Of a stretch of DNA of 42,079 nucleotides, positions 10,801 to 22,981 are shown one piece after another. A program made the translations under genes and the position numbers. The notes under the pieces are model-generated. The model did no database searches, was not told the DNA's origin, and worked only from the letters and a program-made list of their open reading frames with translations. This stretch comes from Octopus bimaculoides (Eukaryota): contig NC_068990.1 in the NCBI RefSeq assembly GCF_001194135.2, positions 11,943,777-11,985,855 of the forward strand, given 5' to 3'. Within the stretch, counting starts at the first letter, position 1; each line of letters opens with the position of its first letter.

Positions 10801-11867
10801 CCTTGTGTGCCGGGTTGACATACAAGAATCAGCTGATGACTCAAGAAAATCACCCACATGCAGGTCTTGTGAGCAACATTTCACATCCATGAATCAAAAG
10901 GAGGAATAGTAAAAACTCTTTCTGTGAATCATGACTAATTTGGGATTGGTTAGTCAGCCATATCGAAGGTTCATTCATTTATCATCATTCAACTGATGAC
11001 TTTCTGTGAGTCTACAAATTCACTGAAAGATATATTATTTAAAATATAGATTTTTAGAATTTCACTAAATTGAAAGCTACTAATCTTAATAAATTGTAAC
11101 AAAAGTCAGAAATCTAGACTAAATTTGCATATTTTGTTTCATATTGCTTTGCTTCAATTATCTACCCGAATGGTTTTTATTTATGAATCTATGAAAATGA
11201 TGTTATTTGATTTCAGTGAGATATTAAAGGTATGTCCAGCTGATACAATATATTATTTCAATATAGTATGTCACTTTATTCTCTTCATCTCAGATAAAAT
11301 ATGAAGCTTCTTGTTTCAATAAGTTGAATTTATTGTGTAAACAAAGTCAATAGACATATAACCACTGCTCTACTTTTTGGCTTACTAAATGAGAACTTTA
11401 TATCAAAGTCTGAATTTGATTCTAAAATATTTACTTGAAGCTTACTAAAATTGAGTTAGATTACAACAGATCATATATGTAAATGTGTATTTATAGATGT
11501 ATGTATGTATGTATATATGTATGCACACACATACACAAATATATATGCCTGTGTGTACATATGCATATACCATATTTTCTGACACACAAGTCAGATTTTT
11601 AAACCAAAATTTATAGTCCCAAAGAAGTACCTAAAGTTCCATATTCAAAGACCGAAAACTCCATATGAAATTCAAAAGGATTTGGAAGGATTGGATTATG
11701 GAAGTAACAGGGTGAATGAGAGAGAGGACAACAATGGTGAGGATGGACAAGATTTCACCCGCCGTCCAATGGCCAATTGCTTTCCTTTTCTACTGGTCAC
11801 TACCACTGCTGCTCTCTTCTCTTCTTCCCATCACAGGCACCTCTGAGTGAGTGAATACAACGACAAT

Positions 11868-12060
11868 AAAGGCAGTGCCCCAGTATGGCCAACCAATGCT
11901 GGTGTGTTTACGTCCCTGTAATTTTGTGGTTCAGCAAAAGAGACTGATACAATAAGTATAGGCTTACGAAGAATAAGTCCTGGGGTCAATTTTCTTAACT
12001 AAAGGCGGTGGTCCAGCATGGCCGAAGTGAAATGACTGAAACAAATAAAAGAATATATAT
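11868..12060 (+). mobile_element. SINE S2 3' fragments
   Basis: aaggcggtggtccagcatggcc..gactgaaacaaataaaagaat tail. Confidence 0.8.
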
Positions 12061-12065
12061 ATATA

Positions 12066-12358
12066 NNNNNNNNNNNNNNNNNNNNNNNNNNNNNNNNNNN
12101 NNNNNNNNNNNNNNNNNNNNNNNNNNNNNNNNNNNNNNNNNNNNNNNNNNNNNNNNNNNNNNNNNNNNNNNNNNNNNNNNNNNNNNNNNNNNNNNNNNNN
12201 NNNNNNNNNNNNNNNNNNNNNNNNNNNNNNNNNNNNNNNNNNNNNNNNNNNNNNNNNNNNNNNNNNNNNNNNNNNNNNNNNNNNNNNNNNNNNNNNNNNN
12301 NNNNNNNNNNNNNNNNNNNNNNNNNNNNNNNNNNNNNNNNNNNNNNNNNNNNNNNNNN
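12066..12358. other. assembly gap
   Basis: Run of N. Confidence 1.
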
Positions 12359-12974
12359 CTATACCACAAAAATAGGAATAATTTCGAAAGGGAATGAAAA
12401 ATAAAAACATTTACCAGTCTATATTCCGTACCATGGTTTCAAGTTATTTTAGCAAGATAAAAATATACCTTACAAGGTCAAACTATCTCCAGCGGAATAA
12501 CCAGATCACATATAAACACGAGTCATAGGAAACATGGCTTATGCTTATATGCTTAATTTTTCAAAATTTACCGCGCATGTGCGGTTTACCTTATCGGCAG
12601 CAAATACAAAAATGCCGATTTTCTTTCAGAAATTAGCCAAAAATATTTTGCTGCTCTTTCTAGCGGGTCAGATGTCCTATTATAGGCATCTCTGTATTTT
12701 AAATGAATATATATATATATACATACATATATCTATATGTATGTATATGTATATACATAATAAAAATGAAAAAAATACACATTAAGTACAGGACATCAAA
12801 ATTTGTCTCTTGTTGTGTGTTTACATATTTTTCACTCATTGGTGATGCCCTGTACTTAATCTGTAGTTTTCCATTTTCGTTTAATAATTGAATGCCATGC
12901 AGCTTTTGTCAACAGTAAGTTTTTACATTTACAAACATATACACATACATATACATATAAATATATACATATGA

Positions 12975-13132
12975 GGTGTCGGAGTGGGTGTGTGGTAAGT
13001 AGCATGCTTACTAACCACATGGTTCCGGGTTCAGTTCCACTGCATGGCACCTTGGGCAAGTGCCTTCTACTATAGCCTCGGGCTGACCAAATCCTTGTGA
13101 GTGGATTTGGTAGATGGAAACTGAAAAAAGCC

Positions 13133-13186
<54 letters not shown>

Positions 13187-13349
13187 GTATGTGTGTGTGT
13201 TTGTGTGTCTGTGTTTGTCCCCTCAATATCGCTTGACAACCGATGCTGGTGTATTTATGCCTCCATAACTTAGCAGTTTGGCAAAAGAGACCAGTAGAAT
13301 AAGTACTAGGCTTACAAAGAATAAATCCTGGGGGCGATTTGCTTGACTA
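12975..13349 (+). mobile_element. SINE S2
   Basis: Homologous to 7676-8070. Confidence 0.9.
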
Positions 13350-13399
13350 TGGAATTCCTTCAGTTTGTAAAATAATCATTTATTCTCTTGTCATCTCTT

Positions 13400-14470
13400 T
13401 TTTTTTTTATATACATAAGAGATATAAATGCATGCAATAGACTTCTTTCAGTTTCCATATTTCAAATCAAAAGTTAGGTCAGTCCAGTGTCACTTAGTGG
13501 AATTGAACCTAAGACCACATTGCTTGAAAGCAAACTTCATCACCATGCAGCCATGCCAGCACCTGAGCAATTATAACGTCTAAAATTCTCTGGTGGATTA
13601 ACATGATAATTAAAGCTCATATCTTGTGTTTCAATTTACACAATATTGTAATTAGTTCCATCTCTTGTAATTATAGTCAGATGTCCTATTTCTGACAATG
13701 TACATTTTGATAACATCTTGAAACTTTTATTTCTAAATAATGAATGTGATATTCTTCTTTTATTCTTTCATTCTTTTATTCTTTTGCTTGTTTCTGTCAT
13801 TAGACTGCAACCATGCTGGGGCACTGCCTTGAAGAATTTTGGTCAAATAGACTCACCCCAGTCCTTGTTTTTCTGTTTCTAAGCCTTGTACTTATTCTGT
13901 CAGTCTCCTTTGACTAACTGCTTAGATACTGGGATGTAACATACCCAATACCAGTTGTCAATTGGGGGTGGGAGTCAAATACAAACACAAACACACACAC
14001 ACACACACATTCCAAGATAAGGATAAAGACAAAGAGCCTTCCTGAGTCATATAAATTCATAGGGTTGGTTTCAAGGGTTCCATGGCATATATACTCCCTA
14101 CCAAAAAATGACACCAGTCATTCATAGGTTCTACTCATTTTTCCCCAGCTGAGTGGACTAGAGCAATGGGGAAATGAAGTGTTTTGCTCAAGAACACAAT
14201 GCATTGTCCAGCTCAGGAATCGAAACGACAATCTTATGATCATGAGTTTACCACCCTAACTCAGCCATGCACCTCCATGAACACACATACACACACACAT
14301 ATTCAACAGGCCTTCTTTCATTTTCTGTCTACTAAATACACTCAAAAGATTTTGGTCGGCCTAAGGCTTTAGTAGAAGACACTAATCCGAGTTGGCATGC
14401 TGTGGAACTGAACCCAGAACCTTGGGGTTTAGGAAGTAAGCTTCTTAACACACAACCATGCCTGCACCTT
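13400..14470 (-). mobile_element. run of partial minus-strand SINEs (S2 about 13435-13560, 13760-14010, 14290-14470; S4 about 14110-14280)
   Basis: Reverse-complement matches to the S2 and S4 heads and tails. Confidence 0.75.
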
Positions 14471-14542
14471 ATGTATTTTGTTGTATCGCCAAAAATTATG
14501 ACGATACTTTTTGGCACTATAACCATGTAGTAACAATAAACA

Positions 14543-14784
14543 CACGGGGTGACCCAAAAGTAGGTTTACAATTATTCAACTATCTCTTTCACATTCATAT
14601 ATTAACAGTTTAGATCTTAATTATAAAAGAAATATGAAACTAATATTCTATGCTAATTTAGTTAATTTTGCCAAGCTCCCTTTACAGTTTGTAAGATAGA
14701 AATTTAAATGTAATAAATTTTTTTTAAAGAAATTTAAAGTGCCTACGTGATAACTGTAAACCTACTTTTGGGGCTATTCTGTAT
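14543..14784. mobile_element. Tc1/mariner-type MITE
   Basis: An 18-bp perfect inverted repeat, cccaaaagtaggtttaca (14553-14570) / tgtaaacctacttttggg (14755-14772), encloses an AT-rich non-coding core. The right end abuts TA. Confidence 0.8.
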
Positions 14785-15175
14785 AACAAAGCAGCATGAC
14801 AACAATGTAACAATCCAACAAACTCTCTATGAACTAAACACAAACCAACAATAGATATTCCAACAAACTACCAAAATGACGCCTTATGACTTCCTGCAAT
14901 TACACCTATTCTGTCTCGCTCAGACCACTTTTATTTATAGTCATTCAGTCAAGTCTATTCTCACAGTTGGGTGTTATGATTCTCGTCACAACATATTTAT
15001 ATATTTATCATTGAAATTTTGAAAAGGACTGACATCAGTTAGAGGTTTCTAACAATTCAGTCACTTAATCACTGGTTTACTGATTGTGAGAATGACAAGG
15101 GAGTGTCAGTAAAGGGATGTAGAGCAAATATTGAAAGGATTTTAAATGGAGAAAATTGTTTTGTTTTTTTTCAAT

Positions 15176-15362
15176 TTACCCTTTTAGCATTCAGATTATT
15201 ATGTTAAATGTAATATTTATTTATTCACGTTGTTTTGAATTATAGGTTATGATGATGGGAGAGTTTATTCTTAGAATATCACTGTAGGGTAGGTGCGAGA
15301 GGCCAAATTTGGCCAGTTTGAACATATATTTGAGTCTGATATGGTCAGTTTGAATGCTAAAG
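15176..15362 (+). mobile_element. piggyBac-like MITE (degenerate)
   Basis: Termini ..ccttttagcattca / tgaatgctaaag; homologous to 35038-35265 in the opposite orientation. Confidence 0.6.
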
Positions 15363-15369
15363 ACACGAC

Positions 15370-15561
15370 TATGTGGTGGAAAAGCTTGCTTCCCGACCAC
15401 ATGATTTAAAGTTCAGTTTCCTTGTGTGGCACCTTAGGCAAATGTCTTCTACTCTAGCTCTGGACTGACCAAAAGTGTGTGAGTGAATTTGGCAGCAGGA
15501 AACTGTAAGAAGCTCATATGCATATGTGCATATAAATGTGTGTGTATGTATGTGCATGTGT

Positions 15562-15593
<32 letters not shown>

Positions 15594-15825
15594 TTGTGTC
15601 TCTGTCTTGGCATCGCATAATGTTGTAAATGAATGTCATTTGTTTCCAATAATCTGCAAAAACATGTCTGACGATGGGGAAATATTGCCTTGCTTGGAAA
15701 CAGGTCAGGGTTGGCAATGGCAGGAATGGCATCTGGCCATAGAAAATCTGCTTCAATAGATGCCATCTGACCCATGCTAGCATGGAAAAACAGACATTAA
15801 AATGATGACGACGACGACGACGATG
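15370..15825 (+). mobile_element. SINE S2 head joined to an RTE-type (GAT/GAC)n tail
   Basis: S2 head and core at 15370-15605, then ...gacccatgctagcatggaaaaacagacattaaaatgatgacgacg. Confidence 0.7.
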
Positions 15826-16354
15826 TCAATGTTTACAGTGTTCACAAATACACACCACCAAAAGATATGGACACACAAACACAAGCAACCACACACACAC
15901 ACACACACACAACGGATATCTGTCTGGATGATATCCAACTACCGAATTCTTCCCAACAGGCATTAGTAAATCAAAGGATATGATTCAAGACATTTGTCCA
16001 AAGTTCTCTGCAATAGCATCAAGATCTGCTCTTACCTGGCTGCAGAGTGAACTTCTCAACCAAAGAGACATATATCTTATGAAGTTAATATCCTTTCTAC
16101 TTATAGGCACAAGGCCTGAAATTTTAGGGGATGGATTAAAAGGCAATTACATCAACCCCAGTGCTCAACAGGGGCTGCTTTTATTAACCCTGAAAGGATG
16201 AAAAGCAAAGTTGACTTCAGCGGAATTTTGAACTCAGAATACTGCTAAACTACCACTAAGCATTCTGTCTGGCTTGCTGAGGATTTTGCCAGCTTAATGA
16301 TGACGATGACGATGGCACATAACAAAAGATGTAATTACACAGGTATCAAAACTG

Positions 16355-17186
16355 CTAAATTTGGAGAGCAGCAGAGCCAGATGGAATCCAAGGCTACTGG
16401 CTCAAGTGGTTTAGGTCAACGCATTAACAAATTGGTTTGTAATTAGATGATTGCCTACAGAGTGGAGCAATTCCGGAATAGTTTGTAGAGGGAAAGACAA
16501 CATTGTTGATGAAACATCAGTCAAAGGGCATGAGATTGGCAATTACAGACTCATGATTTGCCTTGACCTCTTATGGAAAATGTTAGCAGGCAATCTCACA
16601 GGAAAAAATATACGTTCTTGCAGGAAACAATCTACGTCCATTATAACAAAAGGGATGCTGAAAAGGATCCAAGGGCACTAAGGACCATTTTGTGATAGAC
16701 AAGGTCTTAATGAAGAACCAAAACAACAGTACCAAAATGGTCCCCCAAAAAACGGTACCAAAAAAACTTGTGCATGTCCTGGATAGACATTAAAAAGTCT
16801 TATGACATGTTGCCACATTCAGGGATCATGGAAACACTCAACATGTGTGGAGTAGGTGAGCATATACGTGCACTAATCAAGAACAGCATGTTTAGTTGGA
16901 GAACACATCTTTTCTGCAACAACCAGCACTTAGCTAAGGTAACAATGTAAAGAGGTATCTTCCGGAGAGATTCTTGTTCACCATTACAATTTGTTATAGC
17001 CGTGATCCCACTTTCTGTAGTTCTACGCAAAATCAACACACACTACGAGCTGAGAAAGAATGGGCCTTCTTTTAACCACCTTCTCTTCGTGGATGATTTA
17101 AAACTGTTCACAAAAACAGAGCCCGAAATGGAGGGGCTGGTTGAGATTGTACATATGTGCAGCAAGGTATAGGGATGGAAAAGGGC
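16355..17186 (+). mobile_element. R4/Dong-clade non-LTR retrotransposon RT fossil
   Basis: AAEPDGIQGYWLKWF, GNYRLMICLDLLWKML, GTKDHFVIDK, SWIDIKKSYDMLPHS, RGIFRRDSCSPLQFVIAVIPLS, NHLLFVDDLKLF and IGME, with stops and frameshifts. Confidence 0.9.
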
Positions 17187-17189
17187 ACT

Positions 17190-17765
17190 AAGGGCCACCT
17201 CGGTGAGGCCCAATGTTCGAAGGTCGTGCCTCACCACCTCATCCCAGGTATTCCTGGGCCTACCTCTTCCACAGGTTCCCTCAACTGCTAGGGTGTGGCA
17301 CTTTTTCACACAGCTCTCCTCATCTATTCTTGCCACATGACCATACCAGCGCAATCGTCTCTCTTGCACACGACAACTGATGCTCCTTAGGTTCAACTTT
17401 TCTCTGAAGGTACTTACACTCTGTCGAGTATGCACACTGACATTTCACATCCATCGGAGCATACTGGCTTCATTCCTTGCGAGCTTACACATCTCTTCAG
17501 CAGTCACAGCCCATGTTTCACTGCCATGAAGCATGGCTGTTCATACACATGCATCATACAATCTGCCTTTTACTTTGAGAGAGAGACCCTTTGTCACCAG
17601 CAGAGGTAAGAGCTCACTGAACTTTGCCCAGGCTATTCTTATTCTAGCAGCTACACTTTCAGCGCACCCTCCCCCACTACTAACTTGGTCACCTAGATAG
17701 CGGAAGCTATCAACTACGTCTAGTTTTTCTCCCTGGAATGTGGAAGAAGTTGTTTTCTGCACATT
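17190..17765 (-). mobile_element. RTE-clade LINE, RT C-terminal region
   Basis: GEKLDVVDSFRYLGDQVSSGGGCAESVAARIRIAWAKFSELLPLL...KGRLYDACV and ERRLRWYGHVARIDEESCVKKC..VEGTCGRGRPRNTWDEVVRHDL. Confidence 0.95.
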
Positions 17766-18921
17766 TACAGTGTTTATAGCTCCTGAACATCTGCTACATA
17801 CAAAAACTAACTATAATAATAATAATAATAATAGATTTAAATTTTGGCACAAGGCCTGCAGACTTGGGGGAAGGTTTAAGTCAATTACCTCGACCCCAGT
17901 GTTCAACTTGAAATTATTTTATCGACCCCCAAAACAATAAAAAGGCAAAGTCAACCATAGCAGAATTTGAACCCAGAACATAAATATGGATGAAATGATG
18001 CAGAGCATTTTTGTCCAGGGTGCTAACAACTTAGCCAGCTTACCACCTTCCCAGAGAGATAATATCAAAATTTACAAACCACCAAAATATATGCAATTAG
18101 TAGTCCTTTATACTTATATTTTTTAAAATCAAGTATTGAAGTTCAGTTTTATGATAATGTTAGTTTTCAATAATGAAATTTTATTATACTAAGCAGAAAT
18201 TATTGTTAAAGCTTTCTGCTGAGACTATTAGCAAGTATTATATATGTTAGGGATTTTATTTGTCTGATTTCCCACTGTGCTTCATTATCTCTACTGAAAA
18301 TTCCATTCCATATTCGTAAATGATTTCCTTTCTTACAAAATATCTAATCAGTCATTTTTAATATTAATATTTTCTTTTCTATTAGAAAATTTTCTATACT
18401 CTTATATACTAATTCATAAGAGCTGTCTTGTTTCTGGAAATTTCTTTTGCATATGCATGGGGTACTAATGAAGCAGGTCTTTAGTCTATAACACCCTTGG
18501 ATAGTTGTGTATGCTGATGAGGTTTCTCTGGCATATAGTATTATTCCCGAAAAGTATTTCATCTATCATTATGTTCTGAGTTCTAATTCAGGCATGGTCA
18601 ACTTTGCCTTTCATCCTCCCAGGGTTATTAAATTGAGTACCAGTTGTGTACTGGGGTCGATCTAATCGACTGGCTCCTTCCCCCAAAATATCAGGCCTTG
18701 CACTTTTTGTAGAAAGGGTGTTGATACAGCTTTTGTCACTAATCATTTATTATCCCAAATAACATTGCTTTATTTTAAGAGGTTAGACTGTTATCAGAGG
18801 ACGAATTACCTGCTGTTTTCAGCAAGTCTAGCAGCTATGTAGAGGCTTGAGCATTGCCAGTATATTTTCTGCTCTACTTTGCAAGTATATACAGAAGGGA
18901 GAGGGTTGAGGATGCTAAACT

Positions 18922-18966
18922 GTAGTAGTAGTAGTAGTAGTGTTGGTGGTGATGGTGGTGGTAGTG

Positions 18967-19029
<63 letters not shown>

Positions 19030-19093
19030 TGGTAGCGGTGGTGGTGGTGGTGGTGTGTAGGAGGAAGAGGAGGGTATGTGGCGGTGGTGGTGG

Positions 19094-19126
<33 letters not shown>

Positions 19127-19202
19127 GGTAGATGGTGCCGGTGGTGGTGGAGGAGGAGGAAGGGGATGTGGTGGTAGTGGTCGTAGTAGTGAGGAAGGGG
19201 AT

Positions 19203-19239
<37 letters not shown>

Positions 19240-19290
19240 GGGAGACAGTGCTGGCAGTGGTGGAGGAGGAGGAGGAGGAGGAGATGTAGC
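18922..19290. repeat. (AGT)n/(GGT)n/(GGA)n compound microsatellite
   Basis: Direct reading; explains ORF 18879-19289. Confidence 0.97.
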
Positions 19291-19669
19291 GGCAGCAGCA
19301 GTAGCTGATTTATTATTGGATTGCTGCAGTTTTGAGAAAGTCTTATGGTTTGATGTTACTAACCCCAGGTCTGCCCTTTTCCAAGCAGTCCCATGATCAA
19401 AGGTGACCCAACCACAATCAATATCAGTCTTTTTATCATCTCACGTGTCTGTTTCTCTTAAAGACAAGCGGTTGTGAATTGAGGGAAATTTGGTTGCTAT
19501 CTCTTATAACTTCTGTAACTGCGTAAAAGTTTCCATATTTGTATGGCATGCTTCAAAAAAGGGGTTACGAAACATCATATATCAGTCCCCTTTATGAAAT
19601 CATTGATAACTTATTGACCCTATGAAGTAAACTTCTAAAATAAAGTTAAAAAGTATCTTTTATCAGTTG

Positions 19670-20540
19670 TCTATTTCAGTCATTTGACTGTGGCCATGCT
19701 GGAGTAACATCTTGAACTATTATTTTTAGTCAAATGAATCAACCCTAGTACCTATATTCTTTTAAGGCCTGTTATTTATTCAGTCAGTCTCTTTTTGTTA
19801 AGTTACAGGGACGTAGACAAACCAACACTGGTTGTCAAGCAGAGGTGGGGGATAAAGACAGACAAAAGGATACACATACATATATGTGTGTGTGTGCGTA
19901 TGAGACCACTTTCGGTCATGACTGACCATGGGATTGCACCTAGAAAGTTACCCTCCCAGGCAGAAGTCCGGGTAAGGTTGTTTATGAAAGACCAGCAGTC
20001 GCCCATGCATACCAGCCTCCCCTCTCCACGCCACCGATGTTATCCAAGGGAAAGGCAAAGGGGCTGATACAGCTTGGCACCAGTGATGTCGCAACTCATT
20101 TCTACAGCTGAGTGAACTGGAGCAACATGAAATAAAGTGTCTTGCTCAAGAACATAACATGCAGCCCAGTCCGGGATTCGAACTCACAACCTCACGATGT
20201 TCTTTATGTTGCCTGTCTCATTTCTCTATTTGTTTCTTTCGTTGTTCGAGGAAGTTATAGGGATGTAATCAAACCAATGCTTGTTGTCAATCAGTGGTGG
20301 AGCAACAAACACAATAACACACACACACACACATGCATGCACACACACGCACATACACACACTCACATACACACACACACATACATACATACACATGCAC
20401 ACATGTTGGGCTCCTTTCACTTTCCATTTACCAAATTCACTCACAATGGCATTGATCAGCCCAAGGCTATAGCTGAAAACACTTGGGTCTGAACCTGGAA
20501 CCATGTGGTTGGGAAACAAGCTTCTTACCTCACAGCCTCT
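19670..20540 (-). mobile_element. nested minus-strand SINEs (S2 tail about 19670-19900, S4 about 19902-20200, S2 about 20222-20540)
   Basis: Homology to the full-length S2 and S4 copies in the window. Confidence 0.8.
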
Positions 20541-21149
20541 TCTAGATAATGACCCCAATACTTTCAAGAATCTTGCTCTAATGATAAACTCAAAAATGTT
20601 TCAAGTTAGAATCTACATATAAAAACTCTTCAGTATTTCAGTATAGCCTCCAACACCATAAGGACATCTTCGGAGTGTTAATTAAATTTACAAAATCCAT
20701 GAACAGAAGTAATGCCACGAACTTGAAAATATGGATTATTAAATATTATAATGATGAAAACCTGGACAAGATTTTATAAAATCAATGTTGTATGTTTAAA
20801 TTCCATCATATCTTTAAATGACAGAATACTATGTGCATATGACAGTATACACTAAATTTACGAGATCCTACAGCTAGTCAAATTGATAATGTGTCAGATT
20901 GCCAGAATAAAATCCAACATTTCATACTGTATTACTGACACTCCACTGTCATCATGGCTTGTACACTTATCTCTCAAACAGAGCAATTTAACCTTACTGT
21001 AAATAGATTTCTGTGGCAGTGAGCTGGTGGGATCATTAGCATGCTGGACATAATTTCTTCTGGATTTCTACATTCTGATTTCAAATCTCGCTAAGGTCAA
21101 ACTTGCCTTTCGTTGTTTTTCAGGTCAACAAAACAAAGCATTAGTCAAG

Positions 21150-21382
21150 TACTGTGGCTGTGTCGTAGGAAGCTTGTCTCTCAACCATATGGTTCCAGGT
21201 TCAGTCCCACTGCTTGGCACCTTGGGTGAGTGTTTCCTGCTAAAGCCCTTGGGCTGACCAAAGCCTTGTCAGCGGAAACTGAAAAGAAGTCCACTGTATG
21301 TATTTGTGTATGTGTGTGTGCATGTGTACCTGTGTGTATATGTGTGAGTGTGTCTTCATGTCTGTGTTTGTCTGCCACCATT
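21150..21382 (+). mobile_element. SINE S2, 3'-truncated
   Basis: Head, core and (TG) tract. Confidence 0.8.
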
Positions 21383-21397
21383 GTTGTATCTTGAGGT

Positions 21398-21726
21398 GGT
21401 CATTATGCCAATAATAAATATATGCTCTGATTTTATTTCACTTCTTTTATTAACATTATTCAATTCATTAATGTTTAATTAATTAGCTAATCAATTGATC
21501 AGCTAGGCTTGTCAAAGTCTTTTTCATAACCACATTAATGACATGTCCTCTCTACTCCAGGTCTGTACAGGTTTTTCTGTCTGTAGATAAACCTAGCCAG
21601 TTGGTTGGCTGAACAATTTATCAAACAATTAACTAGTTAATTAGTTAAAATGTTAATGAATTGACTAATAATATTAATAGAAATGAAATGGAACTGGTGA
21701 AAGTGCTTACTGTTGTCATAATGACC
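21398..21726. repeat. long imperfect inverted repeat (foldback/MITE-like)
   Basis: Outer ggtcattatg/cataatgacc, middle caattcattaa/ttaatgaattg and inner gctaggctt/aaacctagc. Arms of about 115 and 140 bp surround a spacer of about 80 bp. Confidence 0.75.
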
Positions 21727-22304
21727 CTCTAGCAAGTCAGGAGTGATCTATTTTGTCATAGTGGCATAGTTCAGTTGTGCTGTGGCAGACTCCAACCATT
21801 CATATGCCTACTGAAGGCATATGAATAAAGTAGCAGTGAGCTGCCTTAGCAGTGAAGTGGCAGTTTCTGGTCACTTGGGGAAATGACGGCCTAGAAGCAC
21901 CATCTCTTCTTTTGACATGCCACAAATTTTGCGTCCACCACCAACTCATTTGAATGATATTGGCTTCAACTCTTCTTCAACACGAGCTGTACATTCTTGT
22001 TCTTACTAGCTTAGGACAGCTTCTACATAACCCTTCTGAGTAAAAAGTAAGTCATGAGATTTTTTCCTGTTTCACATATACATGCAGATTGATCATTGTT
22101 ACTACTTGCCAGCATTTGTTTTATTTGAATAAAGTTTACAGTGTTTCATCGTAATTGAACTGCCTTTCTGACATTTTTTATATATGCTTATTAAGAGGAC
22201 ACTGAAATGGATCCTCCCACGAATACTTTCCATATACTAAATCACAAAACACTCACACTAAATTTGGTGACACACTAAAATCCTATCGAGATAAAACAGT
22301 TATT

Positions 22305-22517
22305 GGTTTCAAATTTTTGTACAAGGCTAGCAATTCCGGGAGAGGGGCTAATTCAATTACATGAATCTCAGGGTGCAATTGGTACTTAATTTATTGACCT
22401 CAAAAGAAAGGAAGGCAAAATCAACCTTGGCAGAATTTGAACTCAGAACGCAAAGACAGATGAACTGCCACTACATTGTAAGCATGCCTAGCATGCTTGT
22501 AGTTCTGCGAGCTTGCC
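22305..22517 (-). mobile_element. SINE S3
   Basis: Reverse-complement match to 22549 onward. Confidence 0.8.
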
Positions 22518-22548
22518 ACTTTGGATGCAATAATATCAAATCTTTAAA

Positions 22549-22981
22549 GGCGACGAGCTGGAAGAAACGTTAGCACATCAGGTGAAATGCTTAGCGGTAT
22601 TTCATCTGTCTTTACATTCTGAGTTCAAATTCCGCCGAAGTCGACTTTGCCTTTCATCCTTTCGGGGGTCGATAAATAAAGTACCAGTTACGCACTGGGT
22701 CGATGTTATTGACTTAATCCTTTTGTCTGTCCTTGTTTGTCCCCTCTATGCTTAGCCCCTTGTGGGCAATAAAGAAATAAGAAACGTTAGCACACTGGGC
22801 GAAATGCTTAGCAATATTTTGTTTGCCATTACGATCTGAGTTCAAATCCTGCCATGGTCGACTTTGCCTTTCATCCTTTCAGGGTCGATAAATTAAGTAC
22901 CAGTCACGTACTGGCATCGATCTAATCGACTGGCCCCCTTCCCAAAAATATCGGGCCTTGTGCCTAGAGCAGAAAAGAATA
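22549..22981 (+). mobile_element. dimeric SINE S3 (two units with different tails)
   Basis: Unit 1 ends cccttgtgggcaataaagaaataa. Unit 2 starts at gaaacgttagc (22781) and ends ggccttgtgcctagagcagaaaagaat. Confidence 0.85.

Noticed and set aside
10834-10860. CTGATGA as a further hammerhead
   Set aside because: No stem II or GAAA at the right spacing; the same is true of 10991.
12867-12914. 48-nt plus-strand exon candidate (FHFRLIIECHAAFVN)
   Set aside because: Plausible splice sites but no other support; within the background rate of such matches.
16037-16060. Strong minus-strand donor CAG|gtaaga
   Set aside because: Part of a degenerate S2 SINE head.
18514-18552. CTGATGAG...CGAAA hammerhead-like spacing
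   Set aside because: Stem II does not pair and no stem I or III is evident.
18810-18880. Minus-strand exon candidate ending CAG|gtaatt
   Set aside because: Ambiguous acceptor with several competing frames; nothing recognisable.
21830-22010. Protein-like minus frame EQECTARVEEELKPISFK*VGGGRK
   Set aside because: Interrupted by stops and no family recognised.
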